Virus record (IMG/VR): IMGVR_UViG_3300021197_001176
Location: 1-51,743 of that record
DNA from: a virus
Taxonomy: Duplodnaviria; Caudoviricetes
Length of the DNA: 51,743 nucleotides
Direction: 5' to 3' (one strand)
Every line of letters begins with the position of its first letter. Position 1 is the first letter of the stretch. Below, one piece after another: positions 46,207 to 51,743 of the stretch. The position numbers and the translations under genes were made by a program. Under the pieces are notes generated by a model. The model did no database searches. It saw nothing but the letters and a program-made list of their open reading frames with translations, and was not told where the DNA came from.

Positions 46207-46995
46207 TTAATTCATAGATGCCCTCTCTCTAAAGATTATAGTTAAGTTTCTAGCACTTCTCTTTTCTCTTGGTTGTCCTTTGTGTGTGAAGTTCCATTCA
46301 TATTCGGTATATTTTGACCCGAATGTCGGTGCTGTATCTACTACCGGAAATCCTTTTGCATCTAATCCGATAATGTGGCCGTCTACTCCGTATCTGAATC
46401 CTACGGGAATATATTTTTGTCTATCATCAGAATCTAGTGTCATCCATAGAGCCTCGGCAATTTTCTGGAATGAATTGGTTTTGATTCCTCTACCAAATGA
46501 CATCATTGAATCATCAATTTTATCTTGTAATAATTTAATCATGTCGTGCATCTCTTTAGTAGTGTAGTTATAATCAATTTCTTGTTTCATAGGGTAAACT
46601 AAATCCCCGTTTTCGTATTTCTTGAACCAATCAATACTTGAGTAAGATGAAGGCTCTTTTCTTACGTTTTGTGTTAATGCTTTTGTAAATCCTTGAGGGA
46701 CTGAGCAGTTCTTTGAATCACAATGTGGACACTGACTTCTGAAATCTGATTTGGTAGGGCTTCTCAATTCAATTCCGAATGAATGTACTGAGTCTTTCAA
46801 TGCTTCTGATGTATCAAAGTAAGTGTGTCCGTATTTGCTGTTGGTAATTATATCAAAGTGATTCCATACAGCATTAACACATACATTGATGTTGCGGTTT
46901 TTAGCATTGTTTGAACCATCAATATATGATTGACGAGAACCTTCGTTCTCTTCGTTTAAGAGATAATTTGTATATTTGTTATCCATTTTATTCAC
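46207..46995 (-). CDS. Hypothetical protein with CPHC motif
   Basis: 262 aa; AGGTGA RBS near start. Confidence 0.65.
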   Translation of the reverse strand: MNKMDNKYTNYLLNEENEGSRQSYIDGSNNAKNRNINVCVNAVWNHFDIITNSKYGHTYFDTSEALKDSVHSFGIELRSPTKSDFRSQCPHCDSKNCSVPQGFTKALTQNVRKEPSSYSSIDWFKKYENGDLVYPMKQEIDYNYTTKEMHDMIKLLQDKIDDSMMSFGRGIKTNSFQKIAEALWMTLDSDDRQKYIPVGFRYGVDGHIIGLDAKGFPVVDTAPTFGSKYTEYEWNFTHKGQPREKRSARNLTIIFRERASMN

Positions 46996-47006
46996 CTTCT
47001 AAAAAG

Positions 47007-47038
47007 AGATTGAAGAGGGCCTAAGCCCTCAACAATCT
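47007..47038 (-). terminator. Intergenic hairpin with internal loop
   Basis: AGATTG-aa-GAGGGC-ctaa-GCCCTC-aa-CAATCT. Confidence 0.55.
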
Positions 47039-47973
47039 TATTCCTCTACTCCCGATACTACATTCATAATATCTGTTATTGGTCTGTTTTCTTTGTTGAT
47101 TTGTGCTAGATTTGATTCAGTCATATGAATCGCTGCAAATCCGATTGAAGGGAAGAAGGACGCTTTTAATTCGCCGCCACAAGTAATCTTTTCAGTATTC
47201 TTGATTACTAGTCCACTATCTGAAACTATCATTTTAGGTGATTTATGACATTGACGAGGTGCTACGAAAGGCACTCCATCTATGTCATATCCTACTATTG
47301 TTCTACTGTTTTTCTCATGCTTCGGTGTCATTTTTACAGCACAATTATTACAGCCACAATCTAAAGAACGAACACCATCTACACTTCTTGAGGTCGCTGA
47401 ATATGTAAACTTGTTATCCTTTTTACCTCGGTTATTTAGTGGGTTCATACCTACAATTTCCCATTCATATCCATTGAATGAAGCAATTGGCATTTCATAG
47501 ATTCTTGATTCAAACTTAGTAGTTATATTTGATACAAAATAACCATGCTCAAGATTCCAAAGAGATGTTTCTTCATGGCATACTGAGCCTCTCAATTCAT
47601 TTTTTCTGATTGTACAAACAGGCTTGTTATTTGTTTTATCGGAAAAGTGTGCATCATTGTGATTACATTTTGTGCAAACATATCGCATTTCAGTAATGTA
47701 ATTAGTCGCTGATATTTGAGGACTAGATTTATTCTCTAATGATTGAGAATGTCTAATGTGGTTTACTAAAGTCATTTTGAAAGATGATTTGAAAGGTACT
47801 ATTTCACCATCCCAAACATTATTTTCAACATCAGTAAATTGAATCGAGTTCAATCTCTTGATGATAAATCTAGGACTTGATAAAATCTTAGATTTATCTT
47901 TAACTTGAGTAAAGCGGAATGCTTCACCAACCTCAAGTGATATACTATCGTGTATATCTAACGTATTCGTCAT
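47038..47973 (-). CDS. Cys-rich hypothetical protein
   Basis: CTKC, CGCNNC; start reassigned to MTNTLD after AGGAGA. Confidence 0.6.
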   Translation of the reverse strand: MTNTLDIHDSISLEVGEAFRFTQVKDKSKILSSPRFIIKRLNSIQFTDVENNVWDGEIVPFKSSFKMTLVNHIRHSQSLENKSSPQISATNYITEMRYVCTKCNHNDAHFSDKTNNKPVCTIRKNELRGSVCHEETSLWNLEHGYFVSNITTKFESRIYEMPIASFNGYEWEIVGMNPLNNRGKKDNKFTYSATSRSVDGVRSLDCGCNNCAVKMTPKHEKNSRTIVGYDIDGVPFVAPRQCHKSPKMIVSDSGLVIKNTEKITCGGELKASFFPSIGFAAIHMTESNLAQINKENRPITDIMNVVSGVEE

Positions 47974-48187
47974 ACTATCGTCATCTCCTATGTGCAAAAA
48001 CTCACCCATGCTACGCATGGGTGTTGTCAGGTACTTAATGGTTATGACGTGGCATTCTCTCGCAAAAAGTGCGTTTTTAGGCTAATTTGCGGGTTTTTAG
48101 CACTTTCCAAAGGTTTTTCACTATGCCATACTTTTGCCCGCCAACCACCGCTTACAATTTTTTATAATTTTTTTGAAAAATATTTTT

Positions 48188-48466
48188 TTATATTTTTTTC
48201 CACTCAAGTTTGTGTGCGCCGGGTTTCCTACGCCATTTTACTTGGTTAGTACGTTTCAAGTACGTTGGTACTATATTCCTAGAAAGCGGTGTCCAATAAT
48301 TACTTACATACTTATTTGCTTTCCACGCAATTTCTTCTGACGTTTTCCAATCGTCTAAATATCCTTCATCCATTATTTTATCAATAGATTCCTTATAGAC
48401 AATCTTTTTGCTTTTAGGGCCATGCCTTCTTACTTCCGGGTTTTGTTTGTTGTATCGTTTCTTCAC
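48188..48466 (-). CDS. Basic winged-helix-like protein downstream of terminase
   Basis: 92 aa, WKTSEEIA...; abuts terminase stop. Confidence 0.55.
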   Translation of the reverse strand: MKKRYNKQNPEVRRHGPKSKKIVYKESIDKIMDEGYLDDWKTSEEIAWKANKYVSNYWTPLSRNIVPTYLKRTNQVKWRRKPGAHKLEWKKI

Positions 48467-49981
48467 TTACCATCCTCTCCTATCTATTATTTTTCCACCA
48501 AGACCTTCATGTTTGCTTATTCGTTGCATTTGTGTTTCACCACCTAACCAATCGCCGCCTTTCATGGTTTTCATAATTACCGGCATATCGGGTGTCCTGT
48601 ATGTGAATTGGTCTATGGCGTGTGCAAATGCCATAACAGTATCGTTATGTCTGCCTAAATCTACAATTAACCCATCACGCCACGCATGAGTCTCTAATTC
48701 CTGTAATAATATACCTACCTTTGTTCTAGTAGTGTCATTACCAAATGGGAATATTATCATTTCTCTTTCAAACCAAACTCTAAGCCTATTTAGTAATCCT
48801 TGCTTTAATGTCCTATTACTAACCTTACTAGCCCTGTAATCTACTACCGCACCTTTTTGTGCAAGCAAACTTTCGTACATTTGTTGGAAACCTACATCCT
48901 CAACCGCTATCGGACAATTACCGTAGCGTTTAGTCCACTCTATTAACATATCTGCTTGTTTATCCGGTGGAAAGTCATTTCTTCTCCACATATCTACAAA
49001 ATGGATATAACCGTCATCATCTTGTTTCAAACAAACCATAACGCTGTAATCTTGCCCTAATCCATGTGCAGGGTCAAAACCTATAACATATCTGTACCCA
49101 TCCATCTTATCAGTCTGTAATATAGCATCCATATCCATATTTTTTCTAATTAGCATTCTAGGAAACACACTAGCCTCATCATCTACTACTTTACACAAAT
49201 ATTCCTGTACAAAAGATAATTCACCCATAGCCTCTTTTTGTTCTAGTAAAAACTTAATAGGTCTATATTCGGCCCATAACTCTACAGGCTTAATATTTAG
49301 TGGGTCAGCCTTATGTTCATCCCAATTAGGAATAGCAGACCATGTACCCGATTTCCATGTTTTATTCTCTAGCATTTCTGTATGGTACAAATCATTCATA
49401 CTCATAGGTGTACCTACTACGAAAATTGCTGTACCGGGACTCAACATAGGTGTAATTTTCTTTCTAAACCATTGTGCTATGTTATTCCAATTCATATCCC
49501 CCATATCATCAAGAACGTCATCAAATGCAATAGCCGCAGGGTGTTCTCCACGAATAGCCGCACCAACAGAAGTAGCACGAATCCATGCACCGTTAGTAAA
49601 ACGGATTTCTAGTTTGTTGCCCCTCTTAGGGTCGAGATACCTAGATAATTGAGGGTGTCTTTTCATATCTTCTCTTATTTCTTCTAACCTTCTGACTGCA
49701 AGGTCTTTACTAGCAGAAAACAACCAACAAGTAAAAGGTTTATTACGCCATTGTTCAAAAAGAGCCATGTGTAATAGTTTTACCCTTAAAGTAGTAGATT
49801 TACTGTGGTCCCTCGGTGCAATAATACAAACACGGTGTACAGAAGAATTGTCGTGATTATCTCCGTACATATCTACCCACTCACCTATATGTTCTCCCCA
49901 AGTATAACCTAACCACTTGTAGAAATACTCTACGTCATTACGACTACGTTCCATAGAAAAATTAGTATTGAATGTAGCCAT
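48467..49981 (-). CDS. terL: Terminase large subunit
   Basis: Walker A APRDHSKST, IRG, Walker B IAFDD, VVGTP, F.QEY, nuclease GFDPA...QDYS...HNDTVMA. Confidence 0.92.
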   Translation of the reverse strand: MATFNTNFSMERSRNDVEYFYKWLGYTWGEHIGEWVDMYGDNHDNSSVHRVCIIAPRDHSKSTTLRVKLLHMALFEQWRNKPFTCWLFSASKDLAVRRLEEIREDMKRHPQLSRYLDPKRGNKLEIRFTNGAWIRATSVGAAIRGEHPAAIAFDDVLDDMGDMNWNNIAQWFRKKITPMLSPGTAIFVVGTPMSMNDLYHTEMLENKTWKSGTWSAIPNWDEHKADPLNIKPVELWAEYRPIKFLLEQKEAMGELSFVQEYLCKVVDDEASVFPRMLIRKNMDMDAILQTDKMDGYRYVIGFDPAHGLGQDYSVMVCLKQDDDGYIHFVDMWRRNDFPPDKQADMLIEWTKRYGNCPIAVEDVGFQQMYESLLAQKGAVVDYRASKVSNRTLKQGLLNRLRVWFEREMIIFPFGNDTTRTKVGILLQELETHAWRDGLIVDLGRHNDTVMAFAHAIDQFTYRTPDMPVIMKTMKGGDWLGGETQMQRISKHEGLGGKIIDRRGW

Positions 49982-49985
49982 ATAA

Positions 49986-50102
49986 TCACTTCGGGTGTAA
50001 ATCTTTTTTATTACAATGTGGACATATACCTTTTAACGCTTTTGTTCTCATCATTCTGTTAGTAGCCCAACCACAAGTGTAGCATTTGGCTGAAACCCAC
50101 AT
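49986..50102 (-). CDS. Zinc-ribbon micro-protein (38 aa), absent from ORF track
   Basis: CYTC...CPHC; TAATG coupling to upstream gene. Confidence 0.6.
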   Translation of the reverse strand: MWVSAKCYTCGWATNRMMRTKALKGICPHCNKKDLHPK

Positions 50103-51532
50103 TACTCATGCACCACCGGAGAAAACAGATTACCTACTAATCCTAATTCCTTATCTACAATATGGGCGCAAATACCTGCTCTAGCAAGTACATATCCTTT
50201 TCTAGCGTGGTATCTATCGTGTCCGGCTAGACTAGGTAATTGAATTACCGTACATCCTGCTTTTTCTGTTAATCTCATGTGGTGTAGGTGTCCGTGAAAC
50301 CAATAATGGTGTTCTCTTTCTCCCCAAGCCTGTCTTTCTTCTGTAGCCATAAGTGCAGGTAAGTCATTACCTCTAACACCATCACCGTGAGTAAAACCTA
50401 ACAAAGAGTTTCCGTATTTTATATACTGTCGAGGGTACGGACTAACAATTACTTCTACATCGTCTGCATTTTCATAAAGTGCAGATAAATACATCATCAA
50501 AGCAAAATTGCTATGTCTATCGTGATTACCACACATAAATACTACTTGTACAGGAGAAACAGCACGAAGCATTTCAATATGCTCTCTTGCTAACTCACAA
50601 CCACCCATAAGTATTTGTGCAGGTGTAGCCGCCATATCTTGTGCTGTACCTTTTGTAGTAGTACCTGCATCGTTATCAACATGAAACCAATCAGAACCCG
50701 CAGTTACAATAACTTTGTCGGGTCTACTAGGTAATCTTGAAATTAAATTGTTTGTGCGGTCAATAAGTCTTGAACGTGCTTCGTCAAGGTCATATTCTTC
50801 GCCAACCTCATCTTTCCAACCATATTTACCATAATGTAAGTCAGTAGGAGAAATGACTACAGCATAATTACCGTTTTCCGTCATCTTGATTCTGTTTTTC
50901 GTAGTAGTTTTTACTTTTGGGATTAAAGTAAGAAACTCATTAAGAATTGTATCACTAAAAGCCCTATATGCGTTAGCATCTTTTTCTATTTCAGCCCAAC
51001 GCTTACTTTCTACCTTTTCTGCTACTTGCATACGTCTAACAGCAAGAGTTTCATTTACTAAATCATCAGTAGTCTTTGTCATAACTTCTTCATCGGTAAA
51101 AATGTCCATACCGTGATTCCATTCATTGACTCTTATGTATTCTTTAATCCAACCCGTAGGTATTCCGTATTTTCTAGCCAAATCTGTTGCAGACAAACCA
51201 TTACCGTCATCTGAATAATCTTTTTTCATATTTCTGTGTTTGTCACCATCAATAGCAACCATTTCACCACCTAGAGCATCTAGCACCGTTAAATAAGTGT
51301 CATTTGCTTTATCGTAGTAAACTCTTATCTTATTTACAGATAATTCTGTAGTAGTAGTGTCTCTAAAGTCATTTCCTTGCTTTACCCACCGTTGTATTCT
51401 ACATCTCCAACTGTTTACCGAGCATTGTGGCTCAACTTCGTGCAAAAACCGAGCAAAATCGGAATTATTCCTAAAAGTCCTATCATTGGCGTATTTTTCT
51501 ATGAGGTCGTAGCCCCCTTGATACCTTCCCAT
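50102..51532 (-). CDS. Calcineurin-like metallophosphoesterase with N-terminal HTH-like region
   Basis: TDLHYG, GSDWFH, GNHD, THGD, GHLHH motifs. Confidence 0.85.
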   Translation of the reverse strand: MGRYQGGYDLIEKYANDRTFRNNSDFARFLHEVEPQCSVNSWRCRIQRWVKQGNDFRDTTTTELSVNKIRVYYDKANDTYLTVLDALGGEMVAIDGDKHRNMKKDYSDDGNGLSATDLARKYGIPTGWIKEYIRVNEWNHGMDIFTDEEVMTKTTDDLVNETLAVRRMQVAEKVESKRWAEIEKDANAYRAFSDTILNEFLTLIPKVKTTTKNRIKMTENGNYAVVISPTDLHYGKYGWKDEVGEEYDLDEARSRLIDRTNNLISRLPSRPDKVIVTAGSDWFHVDNDAGTTTKGTAQDMAATPAQILMGGCELAREHIEMLRAVSPVQVVFMCGNHDRHSNFALMMYLSALYENADDVEVIVSPYPRQYIKYGNSLLGFTHGDGVRGNDLPALMATEERQAWGEREHHYWFHGHLHHMRLTEKAGCTVIQLPSLAGHDRYHARKGYVLARAGICAHIVDKELGLVGNLFSPVVHE

Positions 51533-51743
51533 TGTACTGTCCTGCTCATATCGTCTTATAATACTTATTTATTTTGTTCTTTTCGTGTTTAACAAAATTA
51601 AAAAAACGCTTTACTAAAAGCCTATGTTTGAATTAATTTATTCTTTCTTTAGTATGGGTAGGCGGCGGCCCTGTCTATCTATTACTCTTTTAGTTATTAA
51701 CTTCATCCATACTATAGAAGAAATAAAATAAATAGAAAGAATT

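Larger units (their letters stand above)
41818..46210. repeat. Dispersed array of about 39 TTTTGTAG(G/T)C half-sites, including nine 42-bp inverted elements
   Basis: 42-bp elements start at 41906, 43656, 44093, 44555, 45035, 45569, 45695, 46046, 46108; one further half-site at 39695; counted by eye. Confidence 0.95.

Noticed and set aside
41818-46210. CRISPR or mini-CRISPR array
   Set aside because: The repeats are short, occur in both orientations and are irregularly spaced around whole genes; there is no repeat-spacer periodicity. The Cas4-like gene is a stand-alone nuclease in the replication module.
13603-51592. Numerous short plus-strand ORFs in the minus-strand region
   Set aside because: Antisense shadows with Ser/Ile/Phe-rich composition typical of reverse-read coding DNA
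1-51743. tRNA genes, integrase, capsid or portal genes
   Set aside because: None recognisable by eye; head genes probably lie outside the window

Overview
The window is part of an AT-rich tailed dsDNA virus genome. Its host is almost certainly an archaeon, and the gene set resembles marine Poseidoniales (MGII) 'magroviruses' (inferred from gene content, not from a search). 1-13572 (+) is a siphovirus-type tail module: tail tube, a -1 frameshifted tail assembly chaperone pair, tape measure and a 2293-aa tail protein. Almost everything else is on the minus strand. 13566-30774 is an archaeal-type replication/repair module (ERCC4 nuclease, fused AEP primase, Cas4-like nuclease, PolB, probable clamp, ATPase, GroEL/GroES, SSB-like protein, RFC clamp loader, MCM-like helicase). 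31009-43490 holds many small accessory genes. The terminase large subunit and a metallophosphoesterase lie at the right end. The most striking feature is at 41.8-46.2 kb, where about 40 copies of a TTTTGTAG(G/T)C half-site occur. Nine pairs form a fixed 42-bp inverted element (17-bp arm, 8-bp variable core flanked by TA, 17-bp arm) with a polar G/T asymmetry. These elements separate self-contained cassettes of TATA promoter, leaderless micro-gene and hairpin terminator. Also seen: three distinct repeated promoter classes, and a 27-bp inverted duplication linking two AT-rich non-coding loci 21 kb apart. No tRNA, rRNA, CRISPR array or integrase was recognised. All functional calls come from motif reading by eye.
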